Source: Felis catus
Lineage: Eukaryota
Length of the DNA: 64,000 bases
Direction: 5' to 3'
Assembly (NCBI RefSeq): GCF_018350175.1
Contig: NC_058368.1
Location: forward strand, 15,812,001-15,876,000
The notes under the pieces: model-generated
Told to the model about the DNA's origin: nothing
What the model saw: the letters and a program-made list of their open reading frames with translations, nothing else
Database searches by the model: none
Made by a program: the position numbers and the translations under genes
Part shown: positions 1-14,158 of the stretch, one piece after another
How the letters are laid out: each line of letters starts with the position of its first letter
Position numbering within the stretch: the stretch's first letter is position 1

Positions 1-1842
1 ATGAATCATAGAATTTTTAATAACCATTCTATTCAATACTCAGCTTAACTTCATTACAAGAATAAAAATGATTACACTAATACTGTGTAAACTCTATATT
101 CCCAATTCCAAAATGTATACAGGTGCTCTACAGGTTTTATTTAGTTTTTTTTTTTTTTTTACTTAATCAGTGAAATGTTTTAACAGCAACAACTAAGTAT
201 TTTAGTCAAATGAGTCAATTAATATTACTGCTGAATAAGGATTTTTGCAAAGAAAGAAACACTGCTTCTTTCAACAGTTCAACTTATTATGGATATTTTC
301 AAATGTACACAAAAGGAGAAGTGTAGTGACATCCATGTACCAACACTCAATTTCATTTAACAACCGCCCCTTAACTTCTTATGCTTTTCTTTTGCTGGAG
401 TAATTTAAAATACATCTTTGATGTTGTATTGTTTCATCTCAAAATACTTCAGCATGCATTGCTAATTGATATGGACCTCTAACATCCAGTATGGATTTAA
501 ATGTCCCATTACCTCAAGAGTGTATTTTTAGTTGGTTTGTTTGAATTTGAACTCAAACTCTACAGTTTGTATTGGGTTTTTATCTTTTAAACATCTTACT
601 TTGTTCTGTAATGATCACTTCTTCTCCCACGTTTTTCCCTTTTCTCATGTAATTGATTTGTTGGATTTGACCCAATTACTTCCTGGCTGACTATCTCCAC
701 ACTGTGTCACTTAAGTTTCTCTTATTTCCCCAATTCCATACACTGTTAGATCTAGAAGCTGAATTTAATTCTGGTTCTATTTTTTTAGACAAGAATTCTT
801 TATTGGTATTGTTATATACTTTCTCTTGCATCACACCAGGAGAAACACAATGACTGTCCCATTTTTACACCAATGGGGTCAGTCAGATCTCTGCATTATA
901 AAATTTCCCATGACCTATAATCTAATGGCTTTTATACCTAAGAGTTACACCTGTCTAGATTAAGACTTCCAAATTGATATTTTAAAAAGTCCATCATTTA
1001 TTTCTTCTGTTATCTATTAGCAGGAATTCTTTTTTTCCCTTTCTCTATTGAGGCTGTATATATGCTACGTAGTTGGGAGTGTCAACCTTTCAATCGTGGT
1101 AAGATTACCCATCAAGCAGGAATGCTATGGAGCCTACGCCAACATCTAACAGTTGAGATATCAATAATATCTATAATATGTGAAATCACAAGTAGAAATT
1201 TCTATTTGGAATCCTTAATTACAAAAGCACCTCATGCAAAAAAATTAAATTTTTCACCAATATCAGAAATGTTAATTCAGAAATGTTAATGCTAAATTAT
1301 CTTCTATACTTCCTGATTCTTACTGGAACCCACTTAAATAGATCATTATTGAAGCATATTTGAATGTATTATATTCTCAAAAGTTAACTCTAAACTCATG
1401 TTTATAAGAAAGCAAATTAAGAAAATAAACTTTTGCGCAGAGAGGCAGGTGGTTATTTTTCCAAGACAGGAACTATGCATCTACCTATAGGCGATCTCCC
1501 CTACTAACATTTACTCTTTACCAGGATAATTCTGTCTGTTCTCTCTCTTTTCTGTTGAGGTGTAACGGACATAGAACATATTTCCAGGAGCACAAGTAAT
1601 TTGATATTCCTGTACACTGAAAAATGATCACCACCCTAAGTCTAGTTAACAGGTTTCATTACCCACAGCTACAAATTTATTTTTTCTTGTGAAAACTTTT
1701 AAGATCTAATTTTCCTAAAGAACTTTCTAATCTTAGTTATTCTTTGGCCACCTAACATACAGTTCATACAAGAAAAGCAGAGTAAAATGCTACATACAGA
1801 CCTTCCCTTTATTCATCTTCAGAATAAGAAACTGATACCCTT

Positions 1843-2070
1843 GGGGCGCCTGGGTGGCTCAGTCAGTTAAGTGGCTGACTTCGGCTCAGGTCATGATCTC
1901 GCGGTCCCTGAGTTCGAGCCCCGCGTTGGGCTCTGTGCTGACAGCTCAGAGCCTGGAGCCTGTTTCAGATTCTGTGTCTCCCTCTCTCTGACCCTCCCCT
2001 GTTCATGCTCTGTCTCTCCCTGTCTCAAAAATAAATAAAACGTTAAAAAAAAAAAAAGAAAAAAAAAAAA
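1843..2070 (+). mobile_element. CanSINE (feline SINEC_Fc type) with 16-bp TSD
   Basis: GGGGCGCCTGGGTGGCTCAG head, CT-rich region, AATAAA, poly(A). TSD aagaaactgataccct at 1826-1841 and 2071-2086. Confidence 0.95.
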
Positions 2071-2633
2071 AAGAAACTGATACCCTAGCAACATCTGATG
2101 GTGGCCAATGATTTTAATTGTTTTGAGTATTCTTTCAATAGCTTTTAACCCTGTAAAGATTATAGCCCAAATTAAAACACACTTGACAGTTACTGACAAC
2201 TCATAACCATATTTTGCAGATAATTTTCATTATTGATATTTTCTTTGGTTTAGTAACTATTCCTCTCTATAGCAGCAAAGAAATAAGCGAACACTATTGT
2301 GAGTTAGCACCTCATATATACTGAGTGAGCACTGGAGAGTTACTGGCTATTCTCAAGGGTAATAGAGTTCCCCCAGTGCTGCAACTGGTACGAATGGCAA
2401 AGACAGGGTAAGCTCACTTTAGAATCCTGGATTATGGAAAATCAGAATCCACTTGTATCCATGGTATAAAAGAATTTTTTTTCTTCTGTTTGAGAGGGCA
2501 TAAAAAACTGAATTTCACATATTGGGCAGCTCAGGTCAGCCTGACCCTATTTCATCATGGTCCTAAAGCAAATGGGATTGAACTGCTTAGTTCTTTGAAG
2601 GATTACTGCATGGATGATGAGACCCTTGATTTC

Positions 2634-2838
2634 TTTTTTTTTTTTTAGTTTATTTTTTTGAAAGATAAGAGAGCAAGCAGGGGAGGGGCAGAGAGAGAGA
2701 GGGAGACAGAATCCCAAGCAGGCTTCATGCTGTCAGCACAGAGCCAGATATAGGGCTTAAACCCACATAGTGTGGGATCATGACTTGAGCCAAAGTCAAG
2801 AGTCGGATGCTTAACCAGCTGAGCCACCCAGGCACCCC
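2634..2838 (-). mobile_element. CanSINE
   Basis: Poly(T), (GA)n, ends gagccacccaggcacccc; flanked by agaccc(t/c)tgat. Confidence 0.9.
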
Positions 2839-2984
2839 AACAGACCCCTGATATCTAAAGCTCATTAAAGAATCCCAAAATTTACTCATGAATAAAATTA
2901 CAAATAAAATATCTTTCACTTTACTTCTTGTTAAATATTATTCCATCCTGTATTTTCCCTGTTTGGAATTAAAAAACAACTAAC

Positions 2985-3038
2985 CTGGGTCCATTTATGG
3001 TTATCACTTGTTATTGAATGCACATCACAGATTAAAGT
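2985..3038 (-). CDS. SUPT20H: SUPT20H coding exon, [18 protein letters not shown] (54 nt); last exon found in the window
   Basis: tttcctttag acceptor, CAG|GTTAGT donor. Summed coding length from the ATG is 567 nt = 189 aa in one frame. Confidence 0.95.
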
Positions 3039-3159
3039 CTAAAGGAAATAAAAGTTTTAAAAAACACATTAATGTACAAACATATGAAGATACTTAATAA
3101 AGCTCCAAATAAAATCGAAAATACATTTTTCTTTTTAAAGATTTTATTTTATTAAAAAT

Positions 3160-3697
3160 ATTTTTTTAAATGTTTATTTTTAAGAGAGTGCGAGTGAGGG
3201 AGGGGCAGACGAAGTGGGGAACAGAGGATCCAAAGCAGGTCCTGTGCTGATACCAGTGAGCCCAATGTGGGGCTCGAACTCACAACTGCAGAGACTGGGG
3301 ACCTGAGCCAAAGTTGGACGCTCAACTGACCAAGCCACCCAGGTGCACTTCAAAGATTTTATTTTTTTTTTATTTATTTACTTTTTTTAACATTTATTTA
3401 TTTTTGAGAGAGAGAGAGACAGAGCATGAACGGGGGAGGGTCAGAGAGAGGGAGACACAGAATCCGAAACAGGCTCCAGGCTCTGAGCTGTCAGCACAGA
3501 GCCTGACGCGGGGCTCGAACTCACAGACCGCGAGATCATGACCTGAGCTGAAGTCGGCCGCTTAACCGACTGAGCCACCCAGGCGCCCCCAAAGATTTTA
3601 TTTTTAACTAATTTCTATACCCAACATGGGGGCTCACATTTGGAACCCCAAGATCAAGTCTCACACATTCCACTGACTGAGTCAGCCAGGCACTCCT
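3160..3697 (-). mobile_element. Cluster of three CanSINEs (~3160-3348, ~3362-3589, partial ~3591-3697)
   Basis: Three SINE heads on the minus strand; motif aaagattttatttt repeated at ~3137, 3352 and 3591. Confidence 0.88.
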
Positions 3698-3707
3698 AAA
3701 ATAGTTA

Positions 3708-3866
<159 letters not shown>

Positions 3867-4479
3867 TCATTTTTCAAAAGCCTACAGAAGTCTGCTTATA
3901 TTGAATGTTTCGAGTTCTTTACATGCTTATGCAATACTTCTAGCCACTCACATACTCTAAAGTGGACTTCCTTGATGGATTTACCATTATACAAACTTTT
4001 CCAAGGAATTATTTTATGTTCATCATTATGACTCAACAAGCAGTTTTAAATTGTTTAATGGTTTCTTAGTTATAGATTGGGTTTTGACATTTATATACTA
4101 TTAATATTACAAATCACTGGAAATGCTATTCTTGACGCTCACTGGCTGTTATACTTTGCTAACTCTGTCATTGTTACCAAGTTTGTCTTTTGTTATCAAG
4201 TGTCAATCAACCCTGCCAGTTTCAGCTTCTAGATGAAACTTCTATTCACTCTAAGATATCCAGAAATAGGACAGTCTTTATTAATAAAAGGAAGAAAGTG
4301 AACTATAAATTCAAATATTGTCTGTTTTCCAATCCTTTTGTAAGTCCAAAAGTAAGGACTTTTATAATTCAAGTCTTGCTAATTACAATCTACATTAGTC
4401 ATTTATATAAAGTGTTATGTTTTTTCACGCTTTCAGAACTTTTACTGGAGCCTGTGACTTTCTATGCTATGAGTCATTA

Positions 4480-6300
4480 TTATGTCCATGACAACGTGAA
4501 CTATAGGCCAGGCACTAAAGAAGCTTCACAGATATACGGGTGGTGGGACAACATTTGCTCTTAGTGTGTGGGAAGACAAGCAATAAGCATGTACAGAAAT
4601 AAACAAGATAATCTTAGTGATGAATGCTAAAAAGGAAATAAAATAGGGAGGAGCTAACATAGATTGTGTGCTCAGAAAGAAACCTCTCAGAAGGAGTGAC
4701 TTTTTAGCTTAGGCCTGAATCACAACAAAGGACTGGACATCTGGCACAGATCATTCCAGACAGAAGGAATAGCAGATGACAGGCCTTAAGGGAGGAATAT
4801 ACCTGGTGTGTTTTAGTACGTAAAGAACAATGCATGGCTGGAGTATAAAGACTGGGATGAGAATCAGGAGATGAAGACAAGAAGATAGAGGTTTTATACA
4901 GTGAGAAGACACTGAAGAATTTGAAGCCTGGGAACTTTTTTTTCCTATTGTTTGTTTTCTAAGCTGAATCTGGTTGTCTGCGGAGAACTGATTTCTGGGG
5001 TTCCAGAATGAAAGCAAAAAGCTCAGCAAGGTAACTATAGCAGGTCATGACCATACATATTTTGAAGGTACAGCTGACATTTATTGTTGGACTGAACGTA
5101 AAAGGTCAGAGCAGAGTCTGAGATTAGAAGGACAAGATCTGTTTTGGAAGGCAAAATCAAAAGTTCTGTTTTTGTCATTTTAAGTTTGAGGAACCTAATA
5201 CGTATCCTAGTAAACAGAAGTTTGGAGCTTGAAGGAATAGTCCTGAAGATATAAGCAAGGGATAAAATGTCACTTTTATTTTATTTAGTAAAAAAAATTT
5301 TTTTAATGTTTATTTATTTTTGAGAAACAGAGACATAGTGTCAGCGGGAGAAAGAGGGAGACACAGAATCCGAAGCAGGCTCCAGGTTGAGCTGTCAGCA
5401 CAGAGCTCAACCCGGGGATCGAACTCACGAACCATGAAACCATGACCCAAGCCAAAGTCAGATGCCCAACCCACTGAGCCACTCAGGCACCCCTAGATGT
5501 CATTTTTCAACTCCTGACACTGGCTGAGATCATCCAGAGACGGTGTTACTAAAGAATAGAGGGCCTAGGAATGAACTCTGAAACCTGCACACATTTAGGA
5601 GTGGAAGAGGGAAGACAGTAAAGAAGACTGAAGGAACAGAGAGAAGAGGAAAACCAGAATGAGATGTCTCAGAAGCCAAAAGAAGGGTGTTTCAAGGAGG
5701 AAAGTTCATTTGCACTGTATTTTGTTGAGACCAATTAAAGATGAGAACAGCAAAGTGACCAACTGATTCTGTGCCATGGAGATCACTGGTAACCTTGACA
5801 AAACTGCCTCTGTAGAATGGTGATGTTATAATGCTGAAAGCGGTGGGTAGAGAAAATAACGGGATGTGAGAAAAAAAGAGTATGATTATAGACAACTTTG
5901 TGAGTAGCTTTGCCATCAAGAAAAGCAGAATTGTACAACACTAGCTGAAGAAGGACACGGGGTCAAGGGAGGATTATTTTTTTAAGTTGAGATACAGTAA
6001 AACATACTTGTATTTTTCATCTAGTAGAAAGAAGTAAAGAAATGATAGAAGGAGAGGTTATAGTCACAAGTCCTTGAGAAGGAGGATCCAGAATACAAGT
6101 AGAGGGGATTTCTTAAGAACAGAATACTTTTCATCCATTTTAACAGAAAGGCAGGCAGAAAGTGTGGACAGACCTCTAGACGACTAGGGCTAGAAGAAAA
6201 TGCAAGTTCCCATCAGATGGCCTTTTTTTCCTAAGTATACAGTATCGCTGGAGTGAAGCCAAAGTCAGGAGTTTCTCCCATAATCCTTGTTGTAGGTATA
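4480..6300 (+). mobile_element. Degraded LINE-2 fragment interrupted by a minus-strand CanSINE (~5276-5493)
   Basis: Purine-rich L2-like text (cattccagacagaaggaatagcagatg, agttctgtttttgtcattttaagtttgag, ggagatcactggtaaccttgacaa). Strand given is that of the purine-rich reading; true element orientation not verified. Confidence 0.65.
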
Positions 6301-6537
6301 GAGAAATTTCTAACAAATGAGCGAATTATTAAAGGAATTTTAGAAGAATCAACTAAATCTATACATTTCAGTACAGCCTAAGGGTAAGTATCCCACAATA
6401 AAATGGTTACCATCTAATTACATACAATGTCTCACTTTCTATTCCAAATACCATTGAGAATTTAATATCATTTAAATATAAATATCATTTATAACAAACA
6501 CCACAGAGATGACAAATCTAACGACATTTAAAAAAGA

Positions 6538-6873
<336 letters not shown>

Positions 6874-7756
6874 TTAATTTTAAAGCATAAAGTTTCTGAA
6901 AATATCAGGCTCACCATAAAGCTTAGGTGCATAATTTAAATGAGTTTTCATAAAAAAATAAAGCAAATAAATCCAAAAGGCTCTTCTAAAGTCCTTCTGT
7001 ATTTGTCTTACAAATAAATCACTTCACATACTGCTATAAGACTTGGTAAACTGTATACAATTTTAGGCCAGAAAGGAGAAAACCTCCAACACATGTGAAA
7101 AAGAATCTGGCATAACAACATAATGCAAACCACAGCCAGTAGTGCAAAAATGAGAATATGATAAAATTCCAATGCTGGTAACTGAAAATTCCCTTTAAAA
7201 CAACTTAATCTAATCTGAAAATAAGTGATGATTTGGTACCTCATATGAAAAATGGTCACTTACAGAACAAAATTCTCTGGCTGTTACATTTTACAATACA
7301 TTATCAACAGAAGAAGAAATTCTTAAATAGGTGATTTCCTTGTAGAACCCACATAATCATCACCATAACACATTTCTAAGACGTCTTTAGTGAAATCTAA
7401 GAGTGCTTATATTCCAAAACTCTATTTTCAAGTTTACATTAATAGAAATGTAAATATGAAAAATTATTCAAAAGGCAGTGAATCTGCTTAATTTTGAAGG
7501 TTTCAGACTCAGTACAGTCAAAATACAGAAGAAAAACATAAAACACCTTATGCTATCTTAAAGTATAAATAGAAATAGAAAATTGTGACAATTATTTAAA
7601 GGTTGGGTCTTATACAACTTAACTTCAAAGACCTACCTCAATTAGAATTCTTTACAAATGCATATTCATGAAGACTAATCATCTTAGAGATAATTTCTAA
7701 CAAAACATAGTAAAGAGGAAAATTTGGACTCAAAGGGTTCTTTTATCAAGTCATCA

Positions 7757-8041
<285 letters not shown>

Positions 8042-8492
8042 TTAACAAAATTAGATCAATTATCTTTTGGTGCTCCTTCCACATATGAGGAAAATGCACA
8101 AACACTACAGCTACCAAATACAGAACATTTACATAAACTTAATTTTGATTACATTTTATAGAAATTAGTTCATACGACAAAGAAAAAAGTCTATATATGA
8201 AATATGTATCTTTGAGTACATAAATAGAATATAACAAAAATATTTAAGTGAAGAGTAAAACCATTAAATGCAAACATATAAAACACAGATGCCATATAAT
8301 TAGTTTCTATTAAATTTAAGTCTACACAAAAATAAATAAAGAATTTGGGGTTTTATCTTCAGTTGTCCTATTATAGGTATTTACTTCTTAACACGTTTTC
8401 TGGCATAATTAGATCTAAACAAATCAACAGCTCTAGTCAGTTGTAATGTTAGGCTCAAAGACACTTAGCTTGTAAGAGGAAATAAGAAAACT

Positions 8493-8710
8493 GGGGTGCT
8501 GGGTGGCTCAGTCGGTTAAGCATCCAACACCAGTTCAGGTCATGATCTCACAGTTCTTGAATTTGAGTCCCACATCAGGCTCTCTGCTGTCAGCGCAGAG
8601 ATATCCTCTGCAAGGGACATCCCTCTGCTTTGAATCCTTTGCCTCCCTCTCCCTTTGCCCCTCTCCCACTTTCTCTCTCTCAAAAATAAACATTAAAAAA
8701 TTTTTAAAAA
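8493..8710 (+). mobile_element. CanSINE
   Basis: ggggtgctgggtggctcagtcggttaag head, A-rich tail. Confidence 0.9.
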
Positions 8711-9170
8711 GAAGAGGAAATTAGGAATTTAAGCAATTTCCGACAAATTCAATTTAACAGCTCCTTAGAAACTATTTTGTTAATAAAAAAACCAAAAACT
8801 ATCAAAAAATATAATACACATACCTAAAAATTCATTATTTTACTAATGCCTATGATTTAAAATGAAACCCACATAGATATAAGAATTCACTTCATCACAT
8901 CTTATTTATAAAAAATTGAATCAATAGGGTATTTCTGAAGAATATCAAAAAACAAACCTAACTATTTCTATATTTTATATTAAACATGTATACATAGTTT
9001 TATGCACAGAGAAATGAAAAACTGATTTATTGTGACCAGGAAACAAAAAATCCAGCATTTTGAAAATTAAAAAAAAAAAAAAAAAAAGCCAATCAACATT
9101 TACTTCAAAAAACTAGTAAAGGGAGACTAAAATTTTAAAGTATTTTCAAGTGTAAAGAAAATGTCATACT

Positions 9171-9440
9171 CACTCATATGAGAACTTTAAGAGACAAAAC
9201 AGATGAACATAAGGGAAAGGAAACAAAAATAATATAAAAATAGGGAGGGGGACAAAACAGAAGAGACTCATAAATATGGAGAACAAATTGAGGGTTACTG
9301 GAGGGGGTGTGGGAAGGGGGATGGGCAAAATGGGTAAGGGGCACTAAGGAATCTACCCCTGAAATCACTGTTGCACTATATGCTAACTAATTTGGATGTA
9401 AATTTCCAAAAAAAAAAAAAAAAAATTAAAGTTAAAAAAA
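9171..9440 (+). mobile_element. LINE-1 3' end fragment (carnivore/feline type)
   Basis: Resembles the 3' UTR at ~36800-37089; ends in poly(A). Confidence 0.85.
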
Positions 9441-9544
9441 AGTCGTAATTTGACACATGACAGAATAGTCAGAAAAACTGTGACAGCATCTCTTCAAGAC
9501 AATAAAAGTTGGTTTCCACTTAGTTTTTGGGTCAATATACAAAT

Positions 9545-9757
9545 CAGAGGTCAGAAAATTTCTTTCTTAAAGGGCGAGATAGCGTATTAGGCTTGTGGGC
9601 TATATGGTCTTTGTTGCAAATACTCAACTCTGCTGTTGTACCTCAAAATCAGCCACAGACAAGACAATGAATGGGTGTGGCTGGATTCCAATAAAACCTC
9701 ATTTACGAAAACGTGCAGTGGGCAAGATTCAGTTGGCAGGTAATGGCTGCCAAACCC
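9545..9757. mobile_element. MER58A-like hAT/Charlie non-autonomous DNA transposon
   Basis: Diagnostic text gcaaatactcaactctgctgttgta...atgggtgtggctggattccaataaaac. Confidence 0.75.
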
Positions 9758-10042
9758 AATTTAGAACCTTTATCTCTCCTACCTTAAATCTGTCTCTGAA
9801 GTGATGGACATATTTGTTATATTGTGATGATGGCTTCATGGGTGTACATATATGTCAAAACTTACAAAATATGTATTTTAAACACATGTAATTTATTATA
9901 TATCAATTATACCTCAAAAAAACTTATGAGAAACACAGTGTAAAATTTACTCAATATTTAATGTTTTCTCCTATTGAAGATTTTAAAGGCAGGATATTAC
10001 TGGAATTCTACTAATTTTTTGTCTAAAAAGTAAAATGTATTC

Positions 10043-10435
10043 TTTTTTTTTTTTTTTTTTTTAAGTTTATTTTTTGAGAGACAGAGCAGGGGAGGGGCAG
10101 AGAGACAGGGAGTCACAGTATCTGAAGCAGGCTCCAGGCTCTGAGCTGTCAGAACAGAGCCCCGACACGGGGCTCAAACTCACGAAAAAACGGTATTCAT
10201 TTTTAAAGAAGCACATAGAAACTTTTTTTTTTTTTTTTAACATTTATTTATTTTTGAGACAGAGAGAGACAGAGTATGAATGGGGGAGGGTCAGAGAGAG
10301 GGAGACACAGAATCTGAAACAGGCTCCAGGCTCTGAGCCGTCAGCACAGAGCCTGATGTGGGGCTTGAACTCACCGCAAGATCATGACCTGAGCTGAAGT
10401 TGGACGCTCAACCGACTGAGCCACCCAGGCACCCC
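10043..10435 (-). mobile_element. Two CanSINEs: 5'-truncated copy ~10043-10184 and full copy ~10223-10435
   Basis: Full copy flanked by gcacatagaaacttttt TSD. Confidence 0.9.
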
Positions 10436-10989
10436 GCACATAGAAACTTTTTAAGGCTTTTATACCAAGAGTCCAAAAGATCTTAAGAAATCAATTTGTT
10501 ACATTTCTACTGCCCATACTTTTATGCTAATTAAAAATGAGTTCTGTTAATCTAATCTGGAATATTTGTGACCAAATTCATCTTTTATTATCATACCTGA
10601 ATGTCCTACATCCTGTAAAACCTTTAAATTTCCAGTACAAATCACCATGAGGAACAGGTTACTTTTTCTTCCAGTCTACAAATCACTTATCAGGGGAAAA
10701 AGAAGCAAAAGATAATATATATAGGAGCTTTGCTTCTTTGGACTTCTCAATGATTTTCTGTTACTCGATAAACACTGGTCGTCTCTCCTACCTAAGCAGG
10801 TGATCTCTACTTGGTGCCAGATTAGCCAAGGCTGTGGGTGAGCTGCAAAACTGGCTAGAGTCTGGCTAGGAAAGATGTTAGTTCTCTCACAAAAATATAA
10901 ATCATTACCTGCTTCAAATGTAAATCTTTCAAATGTCCCTGTTCCTCTACATTTCAAAAGCCGTAAAAACATAAAAAATTTATACTTAC

Positions 10990-11056
10990 CTTAACCTCAG
11001 GCTCTTTTTCACATTCTTCAATATATAAGTCATAAAGTTTTTGAAATACAGATTTT
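10990..11056 (-). CDS. SUPT20H: SUPT20H coding exon, (R)[22 protein letters not shown] (67 nt)
   Basis: attttag acceptor, AAG|GTAAGT donor; in-frame continuation. Confidence 0.95.
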
Positions 11057-11315
11057 CTAAAATTTAATGAAACAAAATGTGAATATTCTAATCATAAAAT
11101 GGATGTTATTTTGAATTTTCCCATAATTCTTCCCCCCAATTTCCCCCAAACTGAGGATGAAGTAAGCTGGATATAGTAGCTAATATCAACTCAGAAATTT
11201 CAAATACACGTAAAGTACCTATAACATTTCTAGCACAGTGCCTAGCAGGAATGCAATAAATGGTAGATATCATATTTTAAATAATCTAAAATACCAATCA
11301 ATAAAATTTTCATAC

Positions 11316-11374
11316 CTTCCACTAGACAGGTATTTCCTTTTAGGAGGTCTCTGTCGGGCACTTTCAATAACATA
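11316..11374 (-). CDS. SUPT20H: SUPT20H coding exon, [19 protein letters not shown](R) (59 nt)
   Basis: ttttttag acceptor, AAG|GTATGA donor; phase fits the neighbouring exons. Confidence 0.95.
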
Positions 11375-12031
11375 CTAAAAAAGAAAAGTTTATGAAAACA
11401 GTTTGCCTTTTGCTTATTAGCACATGAACACCTATATTAAGTATACTTAAAACACGGGTTAAGACTGAACAGACTATTTAGTCGCTTCAATCTCTGATTC
11501 ATATTAAAATTATACCTTGGAGAAAAACTACTTAACTTCTAAATATATGTCACAAACAAGTGAAATTTAAACTGTACTAAAACTTAGCATAATATTTCAC
11601 TGCTATGATATAAAAAAATTATATAGTTTCAGAACTGAGGTTTCACAGGTCAAAATTATTCTCAATATGTTTTATGGTTATTTAGAATATGCACAGCGTA
11701 TCCAAGTGCAAGAAATCTACACATTTTGAATTATCCTCCTCATTAATTGAATAATTAGAAAACTTATCAAAACAGGAAAACGTAATTTTGGAAATCCTAT
11801 GTCTTTATTCAATAATTTTTATTCCACAACATTATCTGAGAATTCTAACAGATGACCTAAACATCATCACAAAGTATTTTTATAATTTATAGCAAAATTA
11901 TATGCATACTTGTCCTAAAATGTTAACATACTCCTTTGACAACCACATATAAAAATCTCTTAAAACTGAGTTTGGTTAATTAAGACAAATTAAGACGACA
12001 CTATTTCATATGTAACTTAGTCATGCCTCAC

Positions 12032-12067
12032 CTCAGCACGATCCAAAGCTAGTTCTAAAGCTTGTTG
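12032..12067 (-). CDS. SUPT20H: SUPT20H coding exon, QQALELALDRAE (36 nt)
   Basis: tttacag acceptor, GAG|GTGAGG donor; peptide matches the SUPT20H N-terminus. Confidence 0.95.
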
Positions 12068-12655
12068 CTGTAAAGAGTAAATAGTGTATTTGATATTATT
12101 CTCACAAAAAATTTAATATACATATAACATTTCTAGTTAAGTGTTTAAATATGTTTTATCTCCTAAAATACATCTAACATATTTTCCTTTATTTTTGTAC
12201 CCTCTACCCACCCCACTCTATGTTAGAGATATGTTACAAAGAGAAAACATGGCAGTCTTGGGCACCTGATTAGGACAACAAATTATATCAGAAATGCTAA
12301 AATGGTTTTCTCTGGCTACAGAGCCAAGAGTCAGAGAAACTACTACCACTTTATGAACTTTAACTTCTACAACACTCTAAGAGCACCATTCAGGAAAATA
12401 TATGGCTATCAAGCATGCAATTAAAGTGAATCTGCTAGGAATCCTGAAAAGTGGGGGAGCTATTATATTGGTACATAACACCAATATAGAAATTTCTAGT
12501 ATCTTAATGCAGAGAATCTATAATATAAAGTTTCTAGGTCAGTGCCTACTAGAAACGCATTAAATGATGGCTATCATTACCATGTTTCAATGACTATAAG
12601 ATACCATCAGTTATAAGCATGTTATCAGTAACCTAGGTAAAAAAAAAAAAAAAAA

Positions 12656-12835
12656 TTTTTTTTTTTGAGACAGCAAGTGAGTTGATAGAGAAACAGAGGG
12701 TGAGGGAGACAGAATCTTAAGCATGCTCCACACACAGTGCCAAGCTCGCCACAGAGCTTGATCTCACAACTGTTGAGATCATGACCTGAGCTGAAATCAA
12801 GAGTCACACGCTTAACTGAGTCAGCCAGCCAGGCT
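12656..12835 (-). mobile_element. CanSINE inserted in an old Tigger-like DNA transposon relic (~12578-12950)
   Basis: SINE body is clear; flanks carry degenerate taagacg/ataagat motifs typical of ancient Tigger-derived elements (family uncertain). Confidence 0.75.
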
Positions 12836-13988
12836 TTCAGATAATATTAAGAAAAGCCAATTATAATTGTAAGACGTCATTAATTATAGACTCATCATTA
12901 ACTCAATACTAAAATGTAAAAGAAAATGTATCTAGAATGAAGTAATAGTTTTATTACTGCAAATAGGGTTTGAGATCTTATAGTAGATTACCACCCTTCA
13001 TCCATTTCTTAGAGACCATGATTTCAAGCCAAGAGAAGATGAGTCTCTGACTTCCTCATTTGTAAAGCTTTCTTTTGTAAGGACATCTAAGAATAAAAAG
13101 TATTAAGTTTTAAATAAGAAAATTTAACACCAATGATATCTCTTTCTAGTTTTGTGGTTTGGTTACCACACAGGATTACAGTATTTTTCATTCACAATGA
13201 TAGTCCTCTTTAATTTTTAATTCCATCAAGAGACAGCTTTCATTGTTAACATACAAGGACCTAAATTTTTGTTTTATTTTGTAGACTCCAATAATTCAAC
13301 CTACCAAATTCCATGTAGTAAAAACTACTAGCACCCACCAAAATCCCAAGAATGCAATGGAAAAAAGAAATAGTGCCAGCCTTTGGAAATTGTGAAAAGG
13401 TTTAAGTGCCCCTGCCACTCTAGTCGTAAGGATGGAGAATTCGTAGGATTACAAAAATAGTTTGTCTGCGTTTTTACTGTAATAAAAAAAAAAAACGCAT
13501 TACTAAACACCTAAAATTTAAAAGTAAAAAAAACTGAAATATGCCATCATTTCAAAAGGTTGTTAAAATAAATTTATACCAATTTATGAAAAAAATCTTA
13601 TGAGCAGCAGATTCATAACGAAATTGGTTCCCAGGATTCAAGATGAGATTCTTGAGTATAAACCATTTTCTGGATGAGTACTCTGAACAAATATATAAGG
13701 TTTTTAAATTATTTTGCTCATAAAACCTTAAAGTAAATTTATATAAAAAACTATAATAAACACAATCAAATGTACACTTGAGGACAACTGGCTATTGTTA
13801 GTCTTCTCAAGTAAGTACCTCATCTTCTGAAATCAAAACTTCAAAAGCTCTAGAGAGATAGAACTGCAAATGTAAACATAAACATCATTTATTCACTACT
13901 TCCTTCCAACATTTAAGAAGGAATTGATAGCTAATATGGATGCAAAATATAAGTCAAGGTCAGCATCTCATTGTAACAGCTCCACTAT

Positions 13989-14158
13989 TTTTTTTGAAAT
14001 TTTTTAATGTTTGTTTATTTTTCAGAGAGAGAGGGAGGCACAGAATCTTAAGGAGGCTCCAAGCTGTCAGCACAGAGCCCAACTAGGGTCACAAACCACG
14101 AGGTCACGACCTGAGCCGAAGTCTCAGATGCTCAACTGACTGAGCCACTCAGGCGCCT
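13989..14158 (-). mobile_element. CanSINE
   Basis: Flanked by cagctc(c/t)act TSD-like repeats. Confidence 0.88.

Noticed and set aside
12836..12900. C/D-box snoRNA-like motif pair (ATGATGA...CTGA) on the minus strand in a SUPT20H intron
   Set aside because: No terminal stem or recognisable rRNA guide; lies in a DNA-transposon relic and abuts a SINE.
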